A DNA stretch of 63,381 nucleotides, filler included, from Asterionella formosa (Eukaryota): the NCBI GenBank assembly GCA_002256025.1. It is 7 parts of 7 records of this genome, joined end to end, with 100 filler letters (N's around TTAATTAATTAA, not from the genome) between each part and the next. Parts side by side here need not be neighbours in the genome. Positions count along the whole stretch, not along the records: positions 1 to 27,253 come from NKIB01001558.1; 6 more parts are not named here. One strand, written 5' to 3'. The notes below the pieces were generated by a model. The model was not told the origin of the DNA. It saw only the letters and a list, made by a program, of their open reading frames with translations, and searched no databases. Below are positions 1 through 11,534 of this stretch, in pieces. The first letter of the stretch is position 1, and each line of letters opens with the position of its first letter. A program made the position numbers and the translations under genes.

Positions 1-3000
1 GAGAAAATGAACGATCAACATTTATTTTCAAGAATCAGGATTAATTGATCTTAAAAATATGATCAAATGATCCTATACACATGAGCATATTCAGTTTTCC
101 GCTGCACTATTGTGGTATTTCCATGATGGAAGTAATTTCCAGCAATTATACAGTACTACCGGTAGACCATATGAGTTTTGGTCAATATGTCTATATACAT
201 AAATGTATGATTTCGACCATTTGAAAAATTGGTGATGACTCCCGTTTATTAAGGGGCTTAATTAAATCAGCCACTGACTTGTAGGTACAAGAATTGACAC
301 ACACAAAAATGAAAAAACTCAACAGGTCGTGGAAAACTATGAACTCATCATGCATTGTATATATTTGAAATATGTATAATCAAATTTGATATAAGTATAC
401 ACAGGATTGCCGTATAATGAGCGTTTTTAAAGCTATGCAAATGTTCAACTATGTATAGTACATTTAAACTTCTTACAAATCTTTATATATATGTATTCAT
501 GGCTGAAACATTTGAAATCATGTTTTCATGTTCCTTGTCATGCATACACTTTGCTCCTTAATTGAAGGATTAACACAGATGATGACGCGGAAAACGAAAG
601 TGATAATAAAGCACAATGATACTTGCGGCTTAGAAGAGAAGGGCGGAATCAATTGATGGTAAGTCAAGAGCAGATGCCATTCATGTTCCTTGTCATGCTG
701 CATCCACTTCCTGAAATGAAGGATCTCAAACAAGACATGATGCGAAAAACTGAAGTGACAATACACCATGTGGCTAAGAAGGAGTGAATATGATGGAGAA
801 TGGCGGAATCAACAAGCTGTGCATACTAGCATCACGGTTTGTCAAGAGCAAATGCCAAGATGATCAATTGCTGGGATTACAAATACGGAATGACTCGTCC
901 CGCCCCTCTCGGTGATTCAATAGCTCCTTTTCGATTTGGTGGCTGGTCAACCATCAATGTGGACAAAAGAAATCGGTAAGTGCTGTCTATCAGCCATCTT
1001 TGGATCAATCCACAACTGTTAGAAAAACTGACACATATATGTTGCTTCTTTCAGGATAATGGTAGACAAACAGTATTTGTAAGTTGCAAAGAGCAGTGTT
1101 GGAGCCCATTTATTGATCGATACTTTGCTTCTCGTTCAATCTTCGACTGACACATTCTTCTACAGAGATATGCATCAGTTACCTCCTCAATTTGTGGTAA
1201 GTGAAGGCAGATAGAAGCGAAATGCATGTTGTTGTGTAGCAAAACATGAACAGCTAACAATGAATTGCTTCTCTTTGTTAGTATGGCTGATTGGAACAAC
1301 GAAACGGATTCAATACTAGTGCGTGAATGCAAACTCAGATCCGTCAGGAGTAAATGGAACAAAGAAAGCAGGGGAACAATGGCAAGGCAACCAGAACTAC
1401 AACCTTCAGAATTGGATTGGGGGGAAGGTGGAAGTGAAAGCGGCACCAACAATCGTTGCGATGAGAGCATTGTAGAACATTCTGTAGCCACTAAAGATAT
1501 AGAATCATAGAACCATTCTTAGCTAAATATAGTTCTAAATATCGATCAATTTCATCCAATTTTAGACAGTGATATCGATGAGAATTACGATCATGCTAAG
1601 ATAGATGTATGACAAAAGTATACACATCATATGATCATGTTTAATTAATTATATGATGCAATGGTATTATAACTATGATAGTCTCATCATACTTCACGCT
1701 CGGTAAAAGTTTACTGCATGATCATAATTATATGATACATTGATTATATTTTTGATCGAAAAACTATCATATATGTGAAAATCCTGTGCCACTTAGCGTA
1801 CAATACCCTTGATCATATTTTCATGATATTTTTTATTTACAGACGAAGTTCTATTAAAAGCTTATCGAATCGCTCACAAAGTTCGACTAAAACACCCACT
1901 ACTTTGAACCAGGTGCAAGTTAACTGGATATCATCGTTGGACAAGGATTTCATGAATTGTAAGCGCCAAGGAATGGCTATTCTGGTTATGGAAGCCATGA
2001 CAAAATGTATGGAACGTCATTACCTGACAGTTCCAAAAGAACACCAAAAGATGTTAAAGGCAAACAGCAACTATACAGCATTCTACCAGATGACTATGGA
2101 GGATCTCCATGACAGTGACATTCCTGAGTATAGGCGACTCGATAAAAAAAGATTCAAGAAATAATTCATTGAGTGCTATGCTGATGAGACATCGGGCAAT
2201 TTCTCTGCTTTCAATATAAGGGAACGAGCTTGCCATACTTAGGAGCTGAACAGAAGATATGCTGCTGCAAGAGAAGAAAACGTTCATCTACCTTATGAAC
2301 ATTAGCTTACTACGGGTAGTAGTGTTCGGAGAAATATGATGCAGTGTGAAGGAGAAATGGAAGAGATCTAACCGTAACACATATACCTAGCTGTTAGTAA
2401 ATGATAACTTATTTTGTATCTATGAAACAATGCATTTGCAGAGGATGTTATTTCTATATATCTCCAACGTCTGCACGTCCTGCCAATATCTACTCATTAC
2501 CTCAATCGTTTCGACTGGTGGCATCGAGTAAAAAATTTGCGAGAATGTATGGATCGATGGGATATTGATCACAAACAGGAAGAAACATAATTTTTCGTGA
2601 GCGGTACTAGCTAGTACTTTACTAGTACATCTAGTAGTTGCTCGTTGCCTGTATTATTCTAGGCAAAAACTGATGAGCTTTCACCTTCTATCACTTGTTT
2701 GCATCATTGAATGAAAATCAAGGAGTGTCTACTGTACTGATGTGGTACACATGTATAAAATACGTATCATGAAAAGGCACAATGGCTGATAGTCAGCTAG
2801 TAGTAGGAGTAACAATATGCTATTCTAACAATTCACGCTTGTAGATACAGAATTTGGACCGGACGAAACATTAAGCAAGACCGCGCCGGTGTTTTTCTGG
2901 TAGAATGTACGTTGTTGTGGTACAACGAGAGAATCCAGGCCGCGCCAGGAGTTTTGCCACACAGCAGGAGGGTCCACAAACACAAAAATTAGCATGGTGA

Positions 3001-3029
3001 AAAAGAAAGGAATCAATGCGGCCAACAGC

Positions 3030-3581
3030 TGACCTATGGTACAGTATTTACCACGCTAGATCTACTATATCATTAGATGGTATAAGTCCTATATAACGTT
3101 AACCTTATAGGCTCTTCCATACAGACCATATACTTGTTTACTCTCACTGTAGAGATTTACACAATACACACTGTGTATGTATACCACGTCAACCATAAGT
3201 TAAAGGTGTACCCTTTTACATTACGCACACGACTACCATGAAACCCATACGTAGTTACATATACATGTACACGAGAGTGATCATGATTAGTACGTGATGC
3301 TATAGACACGGTTACTAGTATGTAGCTCGTAGTACATATTGCATTATGTACCCGCAGCTATATGTTACGTGATAACTATTGGTGCAGATGTATCTCTAGA
3401 ATAGATGTACCAATGCTAGGCTAAAACAAGACACCTAGCATGGACTCTTGACACCTAGTACATGCCCTTCTCATCAAGACCCTTGTGAGTCCCCTTGGAC
3501 TAGGAGCTAATATAGATACACTAATCATTAAGCTTATAATTACCCAGAACCTACTTGTTGAATCCTGACAACCGTAGGGCA
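3030..3581. mobile_element. Solo LTR (552 bp) with perfect 5-bp target-site duplication
   Basis: Starts TGACCTATGG and ends CCGTAGGGCA (TG...CA, imperfect terminal inverted repeat). Flanked on both sides by ACAGC (3025-3029 and 3582-3586). A second copy lies at 5040-5801. Confidence 0.85.
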
Positions 3582-3627
3582 ACAGCCAATCACCCCCTAC
3601 TGGCCCTTCAGCAGCTAGATTAACATT

Positions 3628-4285
3628 TTTTTGTTGTGTATCTACTTGCTAGTAATATGGCTTGTCAGCTCACGCATTGTTGTTGATAACAGGCAGAGAC
3701 AATGAGGTCCGGAATGAAAGTTGTTCTGGTAAGATTACTGCGCTATTTTGACGGCTATATGAGCAATGCTACTGATAACTCACACTGATCTTCCTCTACA
3801 TTCAATTGACATTGCAGCAAAACCTTTCAATTCAGGAGCATTCGGATGAAATCCAGGATTGATTATTGTTGCTTTCTGATTCTGTGTTAATGCCATATGA
3901 TAACAGGGCTCCGTAAATCATGAGTTTTAGTGTGCCTTGGTGTGCTGTTTGTCATGCTGCCAGCTGCTGCTGTATTTCTAGTGAATTATTGAACGACTAT
4001 GCGAATCTTTATGTGCCAGCAGCTACCTCGACTCAAATAAAAGAACTCTGCAATACAGATGAATGGTGAGTGTGTTTTTGTTGTGTACCTAAATGCTAGT
4101 ATGGCTTGTCAGCTCACGCATTGTTGTTGACAACAGGGACAATGAGGTCCGCAATGATAGTTGTTCTGGCAAGATTACTGCGCTATTTTGACGGCTATAT
4201 GAGCAACGCTACTGATAACTCACACTGATTTTCCTCTACATTCAATTGACATTGCAGCAAACCCTTTCAGTGCAGGAGCATTCGC
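3628..4285 (+). repeat. Direct duplication of a ~210-bp intron/exon-like segment (3628-3845 and 4076-4285)
   Basis: Both copies share gcttgtcagctcacgcattgttgttga..acag followed by gacaatgaggtccg...ggagcattcg. The second copy is preceded by a GTGAGT donor-like site. Confidence 0.75.
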
Positions 4286-4329
4286 ATGCCGTTCCGAATG
4301 AGCAGGCTTTATTTCAATAATGAAACTCT

Positions 4330-4786
4330 TTAATTTAGTTGAACTACCTACAGTAAAATAGTTGAACAACCTTCAGAAAAATAGTGGAATGGCCTTCAGA
4401 TAATTAGTTGAACAACATTGTGATAATTAGTTGAATGAACTCCAGAAAATTATGTAAACAAATTTTACATATTAAGTGAACTTTATTCTAGAATTAAGTG
4501 AACGAAATTATAAGGCAATGTGAACTAAATTACAGAATTAAGTGAAGTATTTCAAATAATTACATGATCTATTTCAAATAATTACGTGAAGGTGATGACG
4601 CAATATAGTGATGATCAGGAATGCATGCATGATACTTTGATCAAATATTAAACATGATGTATTCATATAATATATAAATATATACAACTACATATTTTGA
4701 TGTATTCAACTAATTCATGTGATGCATTCAAAATCAACTAGGCTCATTTATGTGATGTTCACTTCACGCAATACGCGGCTTAGATG
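4330..4786 (-). mobile_element. End of a repeat family with terminus CATCTAAGCCGCG and degenerate ~22-bp subterminal repeats
   Basis: Reverse complement of 56017-56326 and 59512-59854. Similarity between all three copies stops at the same CATCTAAG boundary. Confidence 0.7.
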
Positions 4787-4997
4787 ATTGAGGGGCCATA
4801 GATATCAGTAATCAAATTCCCTTAAATAAACGGCAGTCGATTTTGGCAAAAAAATCTAGGGGCTATTGAAAATATTGAAGGTAGTTTGGCAGTCAAAAAA
4901 CGGAGCATATGAAATAAACGAAATATGTTTTATATTATGGGCAATTGCAGGATTGAGTTATCAGAAAACTCTACATATGAAATATAAATATACATAT

Positions 4998-5036
4998 ACA
5001 CATTCACATTCACATTCACATTCACACAGACACACA
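4998..5036. repeat. (CACATT)n / (CA)n microsatellite
   Basis: acacattcacattcacattcacattcacacagacacaca directly before the second LTR; CA repeats resume after it. Confidence 0.8.
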
Positions 5037-5039
5037 GCC

Positions 5040-5801
5040 TGACCTATAGTACAGTATGTACCACGCTAAATATACTATATCATTAGGTGGTATAAGTCCT
5101 ATATAACGTTAACCTTACAGGCTCTTCTATACAGACCATGTACTTGTTTACTCTCACTGTCGAGATTTACACAATGCACTCTGTGTATGCATACCACGTC
5201 AACCATAAGTGAAAGGGGTACCAGGGTACCTGGTACCCTTTTACATTATGCACACGACTACCATGGAGCCCATACGTAGTACATATACATGTACACGAGA
5301 GTGATCATTACTAGTACGTGATGCTAGACACATGGTTACTAGCATGTAGCTCGTAGTACATATTGCATTATGTACCCGCAGGTATATGTTACATGATAAC
5401 TATTGGTGCAGATGTATCTCTAGAATAGACGTACCAATGCTAGGCTAAAACATGACACCTAGCATGGACTCTTGACACCTAGTAGTACACACCAATCTCA
5501 TCATGATTAGTACGTGATGCTAGACACATGGTTACTAGCATGTAGCTCGTAGAACATGTTGCATTATGTACCCGCAGGTATATGTTACGTGATAACTATT
5601 GGTGCAGATGTATCTCTAGAATAGACGTACCAATTCTAGGCTAAAACATGACACCTAGCATGGACTCTTGACACCTAGTACACACCAATCTCATCAAGAC
5701 CCTTGTGAGTCCCCTTGGACTAGGAGCTAATATAGATACATTAATCATTAAGCTCATAATTACCCAGAACCTACTTGTTAAATCCTGACAACCATAGGGC
5801 A
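5040..5801. mobile_element. Second LTR copy with an internal ~200-bp tandem duplication and a 15-bp micro-insertion
   Basis: TGACCTATAG...CCATAGGGCA, collinear with 3030-3581. Segment ~5303-5500 is repeated at ~5500-5695. Extra ccagggtacctggta at 5221-5235. Flanks cagcc/caaca are not a clean TSD. Confidence 0.8.
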
Positions 5802-6484
5802 CAACACACACATCTGACAGAGTTCTGGTGTGGTTAGGAACAGCTTTCTCTAGCACCTCCCAACATGGAATTTCTTTGCAGTAGGAAACGACTTTTTTGG
5901 CATTGGTTTATCACTGCCAGGTTCAAATTCCTCAAGAATTGAAAAATTTAGTAATTTTCCTGACTGGTACTAAGCAAGGACCTTAGCTCGTTCATTCCAT
6001 TTTTCGTCTACACCAACCTTTGGGCTTCATTACCGGTATGTCTGTAACACAAGATAGTTGGTGAGATCGAAGTACGGCAAGTATTGTTTAGTATATACTG
6101 GTATTTTGCTACAACATTGCTTTATAATTATGTTCGTATCTTGTATTTTTAGTCCAAAACGTGAATTTAACATTCGCTATCAGTTCAAAATCTTCAAAAC
6201 GTTTCCTCTCAGTTTTTAGGTCCCTCTGGTTGAAAATAACGGTAGTTGTGTCGATTTGCCGCGACTCAAGTGCCAATCAGCTTGATGGTTTATTCCTGTT
6301 TAATTTATACCGGTACAAAGATATCGAAATCAATCCTGATTCTGGCTATTTATGTGGAGCTCATCGCGCATCAAACTTGTTTGATATTAGTACTCTCAAA
6401 AACAGGAAAAGATGATGAATTTGAAGGCAGAGGATATCATTTTGGCTTCCATTGATCCTTGATTGTGCAATTGCAAAACTTATC

Positions 6485-9400
6485 ATGCCCTCGGAATTCT
6501 CCCTACCTAAGGAAATTAGGTCCTTTGGAACCGTGATTACCAACCGAACAGATCAGACATCGTCACCGACAGCTTCTACGATAAATTCCCGAAAAAGGCG
6601 GAAGCGAGCAACGCAATTCAAAACGAAGACGAAAAGGGAGATTTGTCTTGTTGATAAAGAACAAGATGCTTTCCTGATTCATTCTAGCTCCACTACGCCA
6701 AAGATAAGCAACGCTTCAAGGGCGAAGACAAAGACAACGCTATCAGATTCTGAGCAACAGAAGGAACAACTCGTTGAAGCCCTCAACAAGACAGTTTCGC
6801 ATACATCTATTGCAAACAATGGGGAGAAACATAATAATAATTTGCCTCCCCGAAAAGAATACGATAATAATGTCTCCAAGCGAAAGAAGGTTGGTGCGGA
6901 CTATTTGCAGTCACAGAAAATCAAGAAGATAAAGGAAGTCGCGTATCCGCGTCCTTCCACTCCAGTGTCCGAGATGCCCTCGATTCCAGAAGAAAACTGT
7001 GATATCATGGACTGCGCATCTGATGAAGGATCGCTCGGGAGCTTTTCCGAATCTCCAACAAAGCATACTAATTCGTTCGACAAGGACTTTGTTTCGATTC
7101 CTCCCATTCCAGCACAGCGCCAGATTTCAGTGCTCAGAACGACACCACATGACGACATCCTATCACTGCATAAATCACAATTTCCTCTACACAACATGGC
7201 TCCAAAGTTTCGAAAATTCAAGAAAGGAGCGTTTCATCAACTATTTCAATCTCCTCATAAGGAAGGCTTTTCTGTTGCGACGACCAAGAGGTCCTCACCC
7301 CATACTCCAATGTTTGGAACCAACCAGATTCGGGAGAACTCTCCCGAACCCACTTGGAGTTCGCGGCATCAAACGGCTATAAATCTTCCAAGCAGTGAGC
7401 AGCGACTCCTATTACCAGCGATATCAGGAGTCAAAAGCATCGCCAAGCTTTTTTTGGAAGAAGCTCGCAAAACACCGGCAGACAACGCTGAAGTTATGAA
7501 TGCCATGCTATCCACAAGTTGTAGAGTCGCGCATTATGATAATGTGGTCGGGACTATGATTGGAGGAACAGAACTTCAACGTTCACCGTCTTTGGATGAG
7601 AGCGAAATAACTCTGCTCACATTCGAGAGAATGAATGTTCACAAGACTGGGGCTTCAAAAACGAATCGAAATCAGTCTATGATTCCCAGTAATGGACTTT
7701 CTATTGTTGGAAGTGCTTGCAGTTCTGTGACGAACGGGCGCCCCCCTTTAGTTGCCCACATTTTGACTTCTAGGTGGAGGGAGAAAGGGACAGCAGCAAC
7801 TCGGGAAGTTCCTTCAGTAAAGATTAATCACGAGAGAGTGACCACGCTAAAAAGGCACGACAGCGAGGTTGCGTATGAAGGTACACCTGCACAGCTTCAA
7901 TATTCAGGTAAGAAAACTGGTAACTGTGCAGAGGAGATCCCTATTGTCAGAAAAACTCCCAATGTAAGCTATGGCAAGCGTCAAAGTTCGGCAAATCGTC
8001 GAAAATCTCTGCTCTGCCGCCCACTTACTTCTAAGGACGAAAGTCGCTCTCCTACTTCCATTACGGCTTACAAAGAGAATGAAGACACTGAGAATAATTC
8101 TCCTCCGTCTCCCTCAGGGAAGAAGCGATCCAATAATTTTTCTGCAATTGCTGGTTTTTCACCTCAGAGCTCAATACAATGCTCGATACGAAGGGAGGAT
8201 GGCTCTATCGTGGTAAAACTTGATGAACCATCAGTTACTTTTAGTGAAGCGCCTCAGATGATTTATTTTGACGTAGGAGATGAGTTGATACCGCACCCAC
8301 CGATGCCTCCTGGATGGAAAATTCGTGTATCTGAATCAAAGAACCGGCCATTTTACTGTCATCCTGACCACGGAACAACTTGGCACTGTCCAGTTGTCTT
8401 ACCAAGATCACACGCACCTAATTCTCTTCGATTCAGTGCGACAACTCCCATAGCAGCTGGAAGATCTATGCACTCAATTTATTCAAATGAATCTTCGGTA
8501 GAGATATCGTTCCAAGAGAGACTGGGGTCGAATGAAGTGAAGTTTGAACTGTTGAGCGAGCTCAAGTGGTCTTCTAACCACAGAGCAGATGGAGGAAAAC
8601 AATCTTCTGGGAAAGCATGTCTCCAGGAGGTGCGGGAAGGTGACGAGCACTCCGCTACTTTCAGTAGGTCCTCTTACAATTATAGCGCAGATGGCGAGAA
8701 CGAATCATCCTCAGTTGATGGGCATACATCGTCCACGGCTTCGAGTATTGTGTCGTCCAATCCAGAGGAGCCTTCAATTTCCAGCTCTCAGGACACTCTT
8801 TCAAATGAAAGTCTCTCGACTAAAACTGGCAATTCAAATGGTACCTTAGGACACATTGCTACGAACGAAGAACTTGCACAAACAGAAGTGGAGCAAGGCA
8901 CTTTCGGCGGAGACGAAACCTTGAGCGGCCCTTCACTCGGGACGAATCAAGATATTTATATGCTAAATCATCGAATAGAGGAAGTTGCGAGTTTTTCCAT
9001 GAAACAGCGATCTTCCCATGGAGTATCGAGTTTTATTGCCCATCAATCAGGGAAAAGAGGCAAAATCGAATACAAAGAATCCCACTTGGAAATAATGGAT
9101 GGTGAATCCCCTGAGAGTATTGAAAACGGCCTTCATGTCGTGGATGTTAATGACTGCAGTAAGACCGTCAAAGTAAGATCATGCAATCCAGTTTTGACTC
9201 TCAATGAGAGCGAAGGCCATCATCAGTTTCCAAGCTGCGGAAATGTGCTCAATCTCTGCAATGATCAGAAGAAGACTTATCCGAACATGTATGAAGGCTA
9301 TGTGAACATCCCGGAAATGAATACTTCGGTCGTCCATCGGTTCCAGTTTGACGGGGTTGTTCAAAAGATACACTTGAAAGAAAAGAAAATCGGTGGCGTC

Positions 9401-10045
9401 CACAACGCAGAAAAACTAACCGACGAAAGTACGGTCGATGGCGAACACATCGTGTCCTTGGAAATCGAACCAGAAAGTGACATTGTTCAAGATTTCAAGG
9501 AAGCGATTGACGACTTCCCTATGGGTAATGGAAGCTTGAGTCCGGAGGCCGAACAATCACCCACTCCTGAAATGTTGCAGCATGTAAAACATTCTCCGAG
9601 TGAAGAAACAGAAACCGACGACAGCGATGAAGACAAAGAGACTTTAGAAACTTCAATACAAGACAATGATCGTCGTCAATATCCTGGGTCGTCAAAACGC
9701 AACCCTTGTGGGAGGACAACTTTGGCGTCCATTATAAGCCCTTCGGCCACCTGCAACAATCATAGAAAACTAGACACCTACACAGCAAGCACATCGCCAA
9801 TGAATTTACTTGGTGGTTTTGATTCCTATATGGGTACTGAAAGGACCACAACGAGCTTGAGAATTAGGGAACCTCCTCACCCTATTTGTGCCCTTCAGAA
9901 TCTCGAAATTATCCGTGCCGCAGTGCTGAAAACAACGGTGCAATTCGAAGTGAAAATTAACAAAGAACAGGTTCCTGAGACAATGTTACGCTCAGAAGTG
10001 AGCTCTCAAATTGGTTCCACAATTAAGCGATTGGTTTTTGAATAG
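6485..10045 (+). CDS. Large Ser-rich, probably disordered protein with one WW domain
   Basis: 3.5-kb uninterrupted ORF; first ATG at 6485. PPMPPGWKIRVSESKNRPFYCHPDHGTTWHCP (~8297-8392) fits the WW consensus LPxGW...YY...TTWxxP. Basic NLS-like RKRRKR near the N-terminus. Confidence 0.85.
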   Translation: MPSEFSLPKEIRSFGTVITNRTDQTSSPTASTINSRKRRKRATQFKTKTKREICLVDKEQDAFLIHSSSTTPKISNASRAKTKTTLSDSEQQKEQLVEALNKTVSHTSIANNGEKHNNNLPPRKEYDNNVSKRKKVGADYLQSQKIKKIKEVAYPRPSTPVSEMPSIPEENCDIMDCASDEGSLGSFSESPTKHTNSFDKDFVSIPPIPAQRQISVLRTTPHDDILSLHKSQFPLHNMAPKFRKFKKGAFHQLFQSPHKEGFSVATTKRSSPHTPMFGTNQIRENSPEPTWSSRHQTAINLPSSEQRLLLPAISGVKSIAKLFLEEARKTPADNAEVMNAMLSTSCRVAHYDNVVGTMIGGTELQRSPSLDESEITLLTFERMNVHKTGASKTNRNQSMIPSNGLSIVGSACSSVTNGRPPLVAHILTSRWREKGTAATREVPSVKINHERVTTLKRHDSEVAYEGTPAQLQYSGKKTGNCAEEIPIVRKTPNVSYGKRQSSANRRKSLLCRPLTSKDESRSPTSITAYKENEDTENNSPPSPSGKKRSNNFSAIAGFSPQSSIQCSIRREDGSIVVKLDEPSVTFSEAPQMIYFDVGDELIPHPPMPPGWKIRVSESKNRPFYCHPDHGTTWHCPVVLPRSHAPNSLRFSATTPIAAGRSMHSIYSNESSVEISFQERLGSNEVKFELLSELKWSSNHRADGGKQSSGKACLQEVREGDEHSATFSRSSYNYSADGENESSSVDGHTSSTASSIVSSNPEEPSISSSQDTLSNESLSTKTGNSNGTLGHIATNEELAQTEVEQGTFGGDETLSGPSLGTNQDIYMLNHRIEEVASFSMKQRSSHGVSSFIAHQSGKRGKIEYKESHLEIMDGESPESIENGLHVVDVNDCSKTVKVRSCNPVLTLNESEGHHQFPSCGNVLNLCNDQKKTYPNMYEGYVNIPEMNTSVVHRFQFDGVVQKIHLKEKKIGGVHNAEKLTDESTVDGEHIVSLEIEPESDIVQDFKEAIDDFPMGNGSLSPEAEQSPTPEMLQHVKHSPSEETETDDSDEDKETLETSIQDNDRRQYPGSSKRNPCGRTTLASIISPSATCNNHRKLDTYTASTSPMNLLGGFDSYMGTERTTTSLRIREPPHPICALQNLEIIRAAVLKTTVQFEVKINKEQVPETMLRSEVSSQIGSTIKRLVFE

Positions 10046-10151
10046 TAACTCTGCTAGACTTTTTCAATTGTGTTTATAAGACTGTTGTTTGTTGCATCGA
10101 ACTTCACCTTTATCACTTCAGCAATAGGTACACGAGGGGAAGCAGATCTTA

Positions 10152-10772
10152 TTAGCCACGGAGAATTCTATTGACTTGTTCTGGAGTCAAATCTAGCCGA
10201 AGTGGAACAGCGACTAACGGCGAAGTTCCAGCTCTGGGCTTCTTGTTCGTTTCTTTTATCTGATAGAGCACATAGTCCAGTTGATTATATTTGACTAAAA
10301 TCTCGACAATCGCTTGTAAGTGCATCAAATAATCCAGCTCCGTGTTATGGCGCCATCGGCCACGCGTCCCAAGTTTAAATGGCATTACATTGAGATAGAT
10401 TTCACGAAATCCAAACGAGTTCACAGGCTGAAATTCCAAATCATAGCAGCCGTCCCACTTTTCTAAGATAATATCGCGCAAATCATAACCATCAAATTCC
10501 ACTGGTTCCTGTAAGATACCTTCCCTTCTACTTATTTCAGCTTGGAAAGCATCGACAGATATGTCGTCCTCAGAAACTGACTTGAAATCCTTTCCTACAA
10601 GGTCACAAAGGATTTCATTGGAAGCCTTGCTAGAATTAAATTGGTCAAGCGCGTTATCGAGGAAGGACGCTTTCAGTTGCTCTTCCACTCGCTGCCAAAC
10701 CAGTGGTGAAGGTCCTGGGGCAAAAGCAGTCGTTGCTGCAATCAGGGACAAAATAGATGCCTTTCGGTTCAT
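10152..10772 (-). CDS. Plastid-targeted DUF3067-family protein
   Basis: Signal peptide ending in TTAFAP (diatom ASAFAP motif). C-terminal LRDIILEKW..YDLEF..IYLNVM..DYLMHLQAI..ETNKKPR..AVPLRLDL matches cyanobacterial/plant DUF3067. Confidence 0.8.
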   Translation of the reverse strand: MNRKASILSLIAATTAFAPGPSPLVWQRVEEQLKASFLDNALDQFNSSKASNEILCDLVGKDFKSVSEDDISVDAFQAEISRREGILQEPVEFDGYDLRDIILEKWDGCYDLEFQPVNSFGFREIYLNVMPFKLGTRGRWRHNTELDYLMHLQAIVEILVKYNQLDYVLYQIKETNKKPRAGTSPLVAVPLRLDLTPEQVNRILRG

Positions 10773-11235
10773 GGTTGAGAACAATATATTTTATAAAGAT
10801 TGGATGCTTTTTCTTTTCTTTTCCGAAAGTGTCCCCTTCATCCGTAGCTTGTGAGTAATACCAGCAGCACGTTGCGGTAAATGAGAAATGTAGCCATGTT
10901 TCCTTCATGGCCGTGCTCTGATAAATAAAAAATTATTACATTATGTGCGTACCAACACAAATTATTTTGGTGATTTGCTACATAATAAGATATTTAAGAT
11001 TACTTACCGGTATCTGACTTTAAGGTTCCTGCATTTGAACCCCTAGCTCGAGGTAGGGTTTAAAAAATAATATTAAGTCAGAGTAGTCAAACATAGACTT
11101 CTTACGAGTAAAATGTAAATGTATATCGCTAAACGGAGCTTTCACCAATACACACCCTTTCCACATGCTAAAATACAGTCATTTATCAAAGTAGGGGTAT
11201 AGGTCAACGCTATATATCGTCAGGATATAGGATCT

Positions 11236-11358
11236 GGCGAGAAACTGCAGAAAGGAACTTCGGTTTTTTAACTATGCTGAAAATAGTGGATTTTACCGGG
11301 CTAACTCGTTTAATTGGCCTAGTAAAAAAACCGAAGTTCCTTTCTGCAGTTTCTCGCC
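11236..11358. repeat. Perfect 34-bp inverted repeat with 55-nt loop
   Basis: ggcgagaaactgcagaaaggaacttcggtttttt (11236-11269) and its exact reverse complement at 11325-11358. Confidence 0.95.
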
Positions 11359-11534
11359 GAAAAATAACTTCTGGGGCTATATGAAGATTACCTATGTACT
11401 TAACTCTTCTTCAAACCCTGCCAACGTTGAGCTATCGTCGTCCAAAAATTCGACGATATCGGCCTTTTCAACGGTCACCAAAACGTCGGAATCAGAATCA
11501 CTATGACATAAGGATCAAATTGCTACTGTTAGCA

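Noticed and set aside
2660..2720. Hammerhead ribozyme core CTGATGAG (also at 2181 and 48508)
   Set aside because: No matching stems or correctly placed GAAA could be built.
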